Assembly (NCBI GenBank): GCA_016202485.1
Contig: JACQOP010000138.1
Location: 1-43,544 of the forward strand
Source: Chloroflexota bacterium
GTDB lineage: Bacteria; Chloroflexota; Dehalococcoidia; Lucifugimonadales; JACPCL1
Length of the DNA stretch: 43,544 nucleotides
Direction of reading: 5' to 3'
In this document: positions 26,693 through 33,542 of the stretch, one piece after another
Position numbering within the stretch: the first letter of the stretch is position 1
Layout: every line of letters starts with the position of its first letter
Position numbers and translations under genes: made by a program
The notes under the pieces: model-generated
Database searches by the model: none
Told to the model about the DNA's origin: nothing
The model's input: the letters and a program-made list of their open reading frames with translations, nothing else

Positions 26693-26797
26693 TTGTCTGC
26701 AACGTTGCACATCACTGGATGCAAGGAGAATGGGCCATGAAGGGGATCAGCAAGAAGAAGTGCCCGCTGTGTGGAGCCTAGGGCTACGCCCTTGATC

Positions 26798-26833
26798 CTT
26801 TCCCTTCTGCCCAGGCCTGGGCAGAAGGGAAAG
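26798..26833. repeat. Perfect 36-bp palindrome
   Basis: ctttcccttctgcccagg|cctgggcagaagggaaag has 18-bp arms, no loop and no following T-tract. Confidence 0.9.
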
Positions 26834-26912
26834 CCGGGATGAGGGTGGGGTACAGGCCTTACAGTTTGGAGAAGGCCGATTGTCGTCTTAGCAAGTATTC
26901 TTGGGGGTGATT

Positions 26913-27350
26913 ATGCGTATAGGAGTGCTGGCACGCGTTACGGGCATACTTGCCAGGACTATCCGCTTCTACGAGGCAGAGGGTTTGCTGGCTGAACCAA
27001 GGCGAACTGAGGGAGACTACCGGGACTATGATGCGGCGGCTGTGGAGCGGCTGGTGTTTATCAAGAAGGCCCGCCTATTGGGCCTGTCGTTGAAGGAGGT
27101 AGGGAGCGTCCTTCAGCTTCATGAACGGCAGGAACCGACGTGTGTACACGTCCGAGCATTGCTGGATGACAAACTATCCCAGGTGGAAAGGGCTATCCAG
27201 GAACTGCTGGCCTTCCGTGAGGAGCTGGTGCGGCTGAAGGCCCGGGCGGGCACGTTAGAGGACTGCTGCCCGACGGGAGGAAGCGTGTGCGGGATCATTG
27301 AAGGGTGGGAAACAGTGCGAGTGGTCACAGCAGGAGGACTGCATGAGTAA
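26913..27350 (+). CDS. merR: MerR-family heavy-metal-responsive transcriptional regulator
   Basis: N-terminal [27 protein letters not shown]. There is a Cys at the start of the dimerisation helix (EPTCVHV) plus a C-terminal CCPTGGSVC. The stop overlaps the merA start (ATGAGTAA). Confidence 0.85.
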   Translation: MRIGVLARVTGILARTIRFYEAEGLLAEPRRTEGDYRDYDAAAVERLVFIKKARLLGLSLKEVGSVLQLHERQEPTCVHVRALLDDKLSQVERAIQELLAFREELVRLKARAGTLEDCCPTGGSVCGIIEGWETVRVVTAGGLHE

Positions 27351-28752
27351 CTATGACCTGGTCATTATTGGGGGGGGGGGTGCAGCGGCCTTTGCCGCAG
27401 CAACCAAGGCAGCAGACCTGGGAAGGAGCGCCCTGATGATCAATCACGGCCTGCCCCTGGGTGGTACCTGCGTCAACGTGGGGTGCATGCCCAGCAAGCA
27501 CCTGCTTGCGGTAGGGGATGAGCTGTGCTACCCCCAGCACCCCCGTTTCCAGGCGCTCCAGGATGGACACCACCCGTCACTGGACTTTGCTGAGGCAGTC
27601 CAAAGCAAGAATGAAATGGTGGCCCGGGCGCGGCAGGCCAACTATGAACGAGTGTTGGAGCACCTGGACGCGGTGGACTACGTGGAGGGGAAGGCCCGGC
27701 TGGCGGGGCCTCGGCAGGTGGAGGCCAACGGGCAGGTGTATGAAGGGGGGAAGGTGCTCATTGCTACCGGTTCTTCAACGAGACAGTTGCCAATTCCAGG
27801 GCTGGACAAGGTGCGGTGGCTGAACAATGTTTCGGCTATGGAGCTAACCCGGCTGCCTGCATCGCTGGTGATCATTGGCGCGGGACCCCTTGGCCTGGAG
27901 TTTGCCCAGATGTTTGCCCACCTTGGAAGCAAGGTAACGGTGCTGGAGGCTATGGAGCAGGTTTTGCCACGGGAGGAGCCGGAGGTGGCCCAGGAGCTGC
28001 AACGGTCCTTGGAAGCGGAAGGCATTGCGTTCCACCTGGGGGTTCGTGTGCAACAGGTTGCGGAACGGAATGGGAGGAAGGTGGTCACCTTCAGCGATGG
28101 AGAGCACATCCATGAAGCCGTTGGAGAGGAGCTGCTGCTGGCTGCGGGGGTCCAGGCCAACACTGCTGGCTTGGACCTAGAAGAAGCTGGGGTCAAGTTG
28201 GAAAGGGGCGGATTTATTGAGGTGGACCAGTTCTATCAAACGGCCAACCCGAGCATCTTTGCTGCGGGGGACTGCATTGGGAAGATGGCGCTGGAGACGG
28301 TAGCTGCAAAAGAGGGGGCTTACGCCGCAGAGAACGCCCTCACCGTGCCGGTGCGGACCGTCAACTATGACCATGTCCCCCATGCGGTGTTCACTAACCC
28401 CCAGGTGGCGTCGGTGGGCCTGACGGAGGAAGAGGAGATGCGGCGGTTCAATAGCTGCGCTTGCCGTACCGTCTACATGGACGCCGTCCCCAAGGCCCTG
28501 GCCATCAACGAAGACCGGGGCGTGTTCAAGATGGTGATTCACCCGCGCAGCTCCAAAATCCTGGGGGTGCACATCGTTGCTCCCCATGCGGCGGACCTTA
28601 TCCACGAGGCTGCCCTGGCGGTGAAGTTTGGCCTCACTGTAGACGACATCATAGATACCGTCCATGTGTTTCCAACCTTCAGCGAGGGAATTAAACGGGC
28701 GGCCCAGGCCTTTACGCGGGATGTTTCACTGATGAGCTGCTGCGTGGAATAG
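27343..28752 (+). CDS. merA: Mercuric reductase, core type without N-terminal HMA domain
   Basis: FAD motif [10 protein letters not shown], redox site [13 protein letters not shown] and a C-terminal vicinal Cys pair (LMSCCVE). Confidence 0.85.
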   Translation: MSNYDLVIIGGGGAAAFAAATKAADLGRSALMINHGLPLGGTCVNVGCMPSKHLLAVGDELCYPQHPRFQALQDGHHPSLDFAEAVQSKNEMVARARQANYERVLEHLDAVDYVEGKARLAGPRQVEANGQVYEGGKVLIATGSSTRQLPIPGLDKVRWLNNVSAMELTRLPASLVIIGAGPLGLEFAQMFAHLGSKVTVLEAMEQVLPREEPEVAQELQRSLEAEGIAFHLGVRVQQVAERNGRKVVTFSDGEHIHEAVGEELLLAAGVQANTAGLDLEEAGVKLERGGFIEVDQFYQTANPSIFAAGDCIGKMALETVAAKEGAYAAENALTVPVRTVNYDHVPHAVFTNPQVASVGLTEEEEMRRFNSCACRTVYMDAVPKALAINEDRGVFKMVIHPRSSKILGVHIVAPHAADLIHEAALAVKFGLTVDDIIDTVHVFPTFSEGIKRAAQAFTRDVSLMSCCVE

Positions 28753-28762
28753 GGTGACCTCT

Positions 28763-28888
28763 ATGCCGGTAGTTATCGGGCTCTTGGTGTGCTGTGTTGT
28801 ACTCACCCTTTTTGTGTTGGGTGCTGCGCTAGGGCTAAGGGGGCCGGACAAGCATAAGGGGAGTGGCCTGATTGAGAAGGGGAGGTGA
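28763..28888 (+). CDS. 41-aa single-TM peptide with vicinal Cys pair (not in ORF track)
   Basis: The translation is MPVVIGLLVCCVVLTLFVLGAALGLRGPDKHKGSGLIEKGR. The ATG lies 11 nt after the merA stop with agggtga upstream. The stop lies within the SD region of the next gene. Confidence 0.45.
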   Translation: MPVVIGLLVCCVVLTLFVLGAALGLRGPDKHKGSGLIEKGR

Positions 28889-28895
28889 GGCGGCA

Positions 28896-29489
28896 ATGAA
28901 GCAAGAGCACATGTGGGTCCCTTTGAGCGCCCTTTTGCTCGTAACCATCGGATGTGGTGGACTGGCACAGCCGGAAGCTACGGCGACGCCTACAACCGCA
29001 ATGAGTATGCCTACAGTCTCTCCAACTCCTATGGACATGCCCATGGACTCGGCCAGCTCACAGGCCGGCCCCCCGCTGGTGATGGGCTATTACGGGGGAC
29101 AGCCTATGCTGTTTATTCATACCGAGGCGTCGGACATGGCTGTAGCAGAGATGCTCACGATGATGATGGGATCCAAGGTCTTAGTAGTCTCTAGCCTTAG
29201 CGGCGTACCTGATGAGTTGCTGGCAGATGTGTTTGTGTTCACAAACGGAGTCAGAGGTGACGGCCCTTTTGGGTATCAGCCCGACGTATTTGACCAGAGC
29301 CCTGATGAGGAAGGGTATACCCCGTTGCGGCGTGTGAATCTAGTTGTGTGGCAGGAAGGAGTGGTGGCAACGGAGTTGCGCTCGGCCAATGCGGTCAACG
29401 CCGCAATTGTGCGAGGGGAGGTCACCGTCACTCGCCCGGGTGTTGTAGTGAATATGCCCATCATTACCTGGCTTGGAGGCCAAAGATAG
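28896..29489 (+). CDS. Met-rich lipoprotein of unknown function
   Basis: SD ggaggtga 7 nt upstream, lipobox LVTIGC, Met-rich linker MSMPTVSPTPMDMPMD, then a globular domain of about 140 aa. Confidence 0.7.
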   Translation: MKQEHMWVPLSALLLVTIGCGGLAQPEATATPTTAMSMPTVSPTPMDMPMDSASSQAGPPLVMGYYGGQPMLFIHTEASDMAVAEMLTMMMGSKVLVVSSLSGVPDELLADVFVFTNGVRGDGPFGYQPDVFDQSPDEEGYTPLRRVNLVVWQEGVVATELRSANAVNAAIVRGEVTVTRPGVVVNMPIITWLGGQR

Positions 29490-29597
29490 CGAGCGACCAT
29501 CAACGCTCAATGCAGAAGGTGTGCTATGAGACGGTTGCTACACCTAGAGAACCTGTTTTTGCCCGTGCAGGGGTTGCTGCCCCTGCCGTGGTGATGA

Positions 29598-29855
29598 GTG
29601 GTCCCTGGCTTGCTCGGCCTCCTGGGCGCTAGCGGGGCTGGGCTTGCTCTGGCGCCCGCGTTGCGGGTGCTGACCTATCCATTGCTGGCCCTGACGGTGC
29701 TGACCCTGGGCCGGGGCTGGTATCTGCAGCTCCGTCATAAAGCTGCCACGCCCTGGCGTATGCGGTCGCGCTGGATATTGCTTACGTCCACTGCGCTGGG
29801 TGTGGGACTGTGGGCCTTGCGGTTTGCGGGATTGCTTGGTGCGAGGCCCTTTTGA
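29598..29855 (+). CDS. Small hydrophobic protein (about 3 TM, no Cys)
   Basis: GTG start immediately after tandem TGA TGA. It is the last ORF of the mer cassette. Function unknown. Confidence 0.4.
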   Translation: MVPGLLGLLGASGAGLALAPALRVLTYPLLALTVLTLGRGWYLQLRHKAATPWRMRSRWILLTSTALGVGLWALRFAGLLGARPF

Positions 29856-29862
29856 GAGGTGG

Positions 29863-29961
29863 GGGCTGGAGACCCTTGTGTGCCGTAGCATTATTCCGCT
29901 GGGGGACACGATCCTGGCGCCGGTAACGGGCATTGGCCTGAAGGACGCGCCGCCGGTGTGA
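29863..29961 (+). pseudogene. Orphan 3' fragment of a thrC-like gene
   Basis: It translates to GLETLVCRSIIPLGDTILAPVTGIGLKDAPPV*. The intact thrC ends GLEALVSLGFIAAGDTVLAPVTGIGLKDAPPV*. No upstream thrC body is present. Confidence 0.75.
29914..29959 (+). repeat. 46-bp direct repeat, copy 2
   Basis: See 26579..26624. It matches at 45 of 46 positions. Confidence 0.95.
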
Positions 29962-29977
29962 GGCAGTCCAGTGAGGG

Positions 29978-30310
29978 CTACCGGGTCGCGGTTGGTTCCT
30001 TGGGCCAGGGCTTTTGCTCGGGGTCAAGGACGAGGTGATATTTCATTTGCTCCTGTTTGCCGCTCTTGAAGGTAACGGTGATACCTATGGTGAACTCCCC
30101 CCACCCAGAGGTCTCCAAGGCAAACTTGTCTTCGCTGCTGGTACGCACCTGGTACGGCTCTGGAAAGGACGAATGCAAGAAATACTCCACTTGCTGGATC
30201 TCTTGCAGCCGTACTGTCGGCTCGTTGACAAAGACGCGCCAGCGGTAATATTGGCGGCCGCTGACGGTGACACCTAAATCCTTGGAGTAGTTGTTGAATT
30301 GTATGGCCAT
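29978..30310 (-). CDS. Prokaryotic YEATS (pYEATS)-like domain protein
   Basis: YYRWRVFVNEP...LQEIQQVEYFLHSSFPEPYQVR...KFALETSGWGEFTIGITVTFKSG fits the remembered pYEATS pattern (W.W.v, VeY.LHptFp, F.l...gWG.F.i). SD aggtgagg precedes ATG 30310. Confidence 0.65.
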   Translation of the reverse strand: MAIQFNNYSKDLGVTVSGRQYYRWRVFVNEPTVRLQEIQQVEYFLHSSFPEPYQVRTSSEDKFALETSGWGEFTIGITVTFKSGKQEQMKYHLVLDPEQKPWPKEPTATR

Positions 30311-30322
30311 GAGTCGCCTCAC

Positions 30323-30811
30323 CTAATCTGGGACATGAATGGCATCCCTTATCGTAGCCAGTGGAGTGAACCAGCGGACCTGCCACCGGTCGCCGTTCTT
30401 TTCCTTGAGCCTTAACTGGATATAGTCCGTAGGGCTGACGCTAGGCAGTAGGATACACTGCCATCCGCCCGGCCCCAGCGTAGGGAGCAGCTTGCCACGC
30501 TCCTTAGTCTGATTACTGTTCCCTTCCTTCAGTTCGTAGTTGCATTCCTCTGAGTCCAGGTCTACGGTTCCGTTTTCTCTGTCAGGAAAGCGCAAAGTGA
30601 CTGAGACCTGGCCTTTGGGGCGAATGGAGTCCCGGAAGGCAAAGATAACCGCGCCCAGAATCTCCACAATGCCTGCACCAATGAGCCATCGGAAGTAGTC
30701 AGGATCAGCCCTTGGGAAGAGTCCAAGTCCTACCAGGATTGCCGCAAGAAAGGTGCCCAGCAGGATGATTAGGAATGCGGCGAGTATTGCGTACCGCTCT
30801 CTCAGAGTCAC
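30323..30811 (-). CDS. 2-TM membrane protein with a soluble C-terminal domain of about 100 aa
   Basis: GTG start with SD gaggtga 6 nt upstream. The stop lies 12 nt before the pYEATS-like ATG. The gene looks more AT-rich by eye than its flanks. Confidence 0.65.
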   Translation of the reverse strand: MTLRERYAILAAFLIILLGTFLAAILVGLGLFPRADPDYFRWLIGAGIVEILGAVIFAFRDSIRPKGQVSVTLRFPDRENGTVDLDSEECNYELKEGNSNQTKERGKLLPTLGPGGWQCILLPSVSPTDYIQLRLKEKNGDRWQVRWFTPLATIRDAIHVPD

Positions 30812-30878
30812 GTTGTGTCACCTCATTGTAGCATCTGGCAGAAGGAACACCGCAACCGGGGAAGCGCATCCTCAGCTC

Positions 30879-32327
30879 CTACTCCGTCAGGCGCTGGCCG
30901 TAGTCTATGTAGGCGGTGCTGCCCACCTGGGACAGGGCGATCTCCTGGCGGTAGACACCGCCGTGAAAGGGGCGTTCGGCGCTATGGACTTCCCGCTCCC
31001 AGTGCACCTCTTCCGGCGCCGGCCCGTCCTTGAGGGCCTCCAGCAAGGGACGGCCGTCCAGGGGGACGCCAGGGTCAAGGCCCAGGAGATGTAGGATGGT
31101 GGGGGTGAGGTCCACGTTGCCGCTTGGAACTCTTGTGACCAGGCCCCGTTTAAAGTGTGGGCCGCGGGCAAAGAGGACGTTGTTCATTTCGTGCTTGCTC
31201 ATTCCGCCGTGCTGGCCACGGCCTGGGGCCGCGCCGGTGGCGTAGGAGATGCCCAGGAAGCCGTTCTCGTTGGGGCGGGAGTCCCAGCGGAAAGACATGG
31301 CCAGGTCCGGGGCGCGTGTGCCCTCGTTGCCGACGACATGAGCGGGCAGGGTCCCTGGGATGCCGGCGGCAGCGTCGGAGGCGGTGACTGCGCCGCACCA
31401 GGGCTGTGCCATCAGCCAGACGGTGAGCTTGTCAGTTACGCCAGCATCTTTATTGTGGGCATAGAAGAGGACGGAGCCGCCGTTGTGGGCGGCGTAGACG
31501 CCGCCGGGCCGGTCGCCCTCGGGGAACCCCGCTTCCTTGATGACTTCGCCTACGTTGACCACGCCCCCAATAGTGGCGTAGCCGTGGTCGGAAATGACCA
31601 GGATATCGGTGTCTTCGGCGCGGCCCATGCGCTCCAGCCAGCCCAGGATTTCTCCGAACTGCTGGTCTGCGTCATGGATGGCGCCATTGGAGACCGCATG
31701 GCCGACGCCGTGCCGGTGGTGGGAGTGGTCCGGCTCGGAGAACCAGATGAGGCTGACGGCGGGATCCCGCTCTGGCTGAACGTATTCGGTCAAGACCCGT
31801 TTGCCATAGACCAGGCGCTCAGTATTGGGGACGCTATCCTCGGGCCAGGGGCCGAAGCGTCCGATAATCTGGTCGTAGAGGCTGTAGGGTAGGGTGAAGT
31901 CTGGGTGGATGGTTGCCCCGCCGGAACGGTGGGCGTTGGGGTTGTGCATATAGGCGTTGCCGGAGGTGCCGGTACCCACTGCGATGTACTCCTGCCCGTA
32001 GCGATGGAGGATATCGGCGAGGGTAGGGGCTAGAAGCACCTCCCCCAGCTTGGCAGCCACCTCTTTGAGGGTTGGCTCAAGGACCGAGAAGGGGCGGTAG
32101 GGGTCAAAGTCCCGCATGACGACGGAGTTGGCGGCAATGCCGTGGTTGCCCGGGTAGCGGCCGGTCACCATGCTGGTCCCGTTAATACGGGTGACGCTGG
32201 GGAAGACGCAGTGGTGAGCGGCGAAGGTGACGCCCTCCTGTGCCAGCTTGTAGAGGTTGGGCATGACCTGTGGCGTCACGTTGGCAGGCTGGAGGCCGTC
32301 AAATACCGCAATAAATACACGTGTCAT
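30879..32327 (-). CDS. Alkaline-phosphatase-superfamily nucleotide pyrophosphatase/phosphodiesterase (NPP-type)
   Basis: AVFDGLQP, nucleophile block FPSVTRINGTSMVTGRYPGNHGI and VISDHGY. Confidence 0.85.
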   Translation of the reverse strand: MTRVFIAVFDGLQPANVTPQVMPNLYKLAQEGVTFAAHHCVFPSVTRINGTSMVTGRYPGNHGIAANSVVMRDFDPYRPFSVLEPTLKEVAAKLGEVLLAPTLADILHRYGQEYIAVGTGTSGNAYMHNPNAHRSGGATIHPDFTLPYSLYDQIIGRFGPWPEDSVPNTERLVYGKRVLTEYVQPERDPAVSLIWFSEPDHSHHRHGVGHAVSNGAIHDADQQFGEILGWLERMGRAEDTDILVISDHGYATIGGVVNVGEVIKEAGFPEGDRPGGVYAAHNGGSVLFYAHNKDAGVTDKLTVWLMAQPWCGAVTASDAAAGIPGTLPAHVVGNEGTRAPDLAMSFRWDSRPNENGFLGISYATGAAPGRGQHGGMSKHEMNNVLFARGPHFKRGLVTRVPSGNVDLTPTILHLLGLDPGVPLDGRPLLEALKDGPAPEEVHWEREVHSAERPFHGGVYRQEIALSQVGSTAYIDYGQRLTE

Positions 32328-32467
32328 GGGGCACCTCCGCGCAAGATGGCGTGATTCTATCACACTTGCAGGGGGTCTACCCGTGAACGCCGAGCCGAAT
32401 GTAGGAGCAGCTACTCATAGGATAACCCATGCAGGTGGCTGCCCCTGAATACGCTTGGCCCCCTAAG

Positions 32468-32962
32468 CTATACCTTTGTGTTTTTGCCCAGGTCCCACCC
32501 GCCGGCCACAGCCGAGCCCAAAGTCCCATCGGAGCTTTGTGGGGAGTACTTCCACTCAATTTTGCTGAAGTTGAAGCTGATTTCCTCCAGAGGTAACGTC
32601 TCTCCTCCCTTGGCGTTTCCTCCTGGCCTGACGGAGGAGATGATGACGTCGGTCATCTTGTACTCCAGGTATTGCTGCTGGGCCCCATCGGTCTTCTGGA
32701 ACTGTATGGTGACCTCTGGGATGTGTTCCCCGCTGGCGCAGGCCAGCATCAGGAGGGGAGTGGACTTGTCCAGGGATTTCACCACCGTGAAGTTGCTGAA
32801 ACTAGCCCGCTCGGCAGTCCCCGCCGCCGAGGATGAGACGGCGCTGGAAGGCTGGGTAACCCCAAAGCTGTAGGACAGGATATTTATCCAGTCTTTGTGC
32901 TTGAGTTGGTCCGTGCTTTCGCCGGGAATGGAGCCTATCTTGATAAATGCATCAAAGGCCAT
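32468..32962 (-). CDS. hcp: Hcp (T6SS tube protein TssD family)
   Basis: MAFDAFIKIGSIPGES..., DKSTPLLMLACASGEHIP and ISFNFSKIEWKY align by eye along the whole length with P. aeruginosa Hcp1 (MAVDMFIKIGDVKGES, DKSTPNLMMACSSGKHYP). SD aggagg. Confidence 0.9.
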   Translation of the reverse strand: MAFDAFIKIGSIPGESTDQLKHKDWINILSYSFGVTQPSSAVSSSAAGTAERASFSNFTVVKSLDKSTPLLMLACASGEHIPEVTIQFQKTDGAQQQYLEYKMTDVIISSVRPGGNAKGGETLPLEEISFNFSKIEWKYSPQSSDGTLGSAVAGGWDLGKNTKV

Positions 32963-33542
32963 TTTTAACCTCCTGTGTTGGAACGTCTGCTGGTGAGAAT
33001 ACCAGGTCAAAGGTGAACTCCGCTGTGCCGTCCCCGCCTAACTCCTGGGGACGTTGCTTAGCCAGATAGGTGCCCTTAGCGCCGGCGTAGCGGCCAGTCC
33101 CGGCGACCACCGTGTAGAGGTCATGCCCGGTTCTGGATGCCCTGCTTGTGCCCATGCCGAGAAGGGCGCCGTCCAGCAGGTTAAAGGTGTGGACCTCTAT
33201 CCTGGTGGCGGCAAAGGGGGTGGGGCCAAAGGGGGAGCCTATGGACAGGCAGTTGGAATAAAACTCGCCCAGCTTTAGGTCTTTTGACTCGTTGAGTAGT
33301 TCACCATACATCACCATCTGGTCTCCCATGACTGGCAACTCTCCCTGCTTGTGGTCCTGGGAGTAGAGGTGCCAGTGACGGCCATTCAGCCTCAGAGGGG
33401 TCTTAGACAGCAACGAGGGGGGGCCGATAACAGCGGCGCCGACACCGGAGCTCTTAAAGGCTACGGCGGCCCCTGCGGCTGCCAGGAGAATAGCCGCCCG
33501 TTTCAAGAAACTGCGCCTGGGGGCTTTTGCTGCATCTCTCAT
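32952..33542 (-). CDS. Tat-exported protein, dirigent/allene-oxide-cyclase-barrel-like
   Basis: PRRSFLKRAAILLAAAGAAVA Tat signal and a VVAGTGRYAGAKGT motif. It overlaps the hcp start by 11 nt. Confidence 0.65.
   Translation of the reverse strand: MRDAAKAPRRSFLKRAAILLAAAGAAVAFKSSGVGAAVIGPPSLLSKTPLRLNGRHWHLYSQDHKQGELPVMGDQMVMYGELLNESKDLKLGEFYSNCLSIGSPFGPTPFAATRIEVHTFNLLDGALLGMGTSRASRTGHDLYTVVAGTGRYAGAKGTYLAKQRPQELGGDGTAEFTFDLVFSPADVPTQEVKNGL

Noticed and set aside
26610-26795. 61-aa ORF starting inside the thrC 3' end.
   Set aside because: It has no SD, starts within thrC and has an Arg-rich, odd composition. The short CxxC micro-ORF in another frame has the convincing SD.
26855-26877. Dyad GGCCTT-N11-AAGGCC just upstream of merR, considered as an operator.
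   Set aside because: The half-sites are short (6 bp), and I could not place credible -35/-10 hexamers around them. The element at 26662..26692 fits a MerR-type promoter far better.
26627-29913. Searched the mer cassette and its surroundings for an integrase, transposase, resolvase or terminal inverted repeats.
   Set aside because: No such ORF or IR pair was recognised by eye. The cassette is therefore reported as an insertion footprint, not as a defined mobile element.
32468-32962. Interpreting hcp as evidence for a type VI secretion system locus.
   Set aside because: No other T6SS core component is present in the window, so only an orphan Hcp is claimed.
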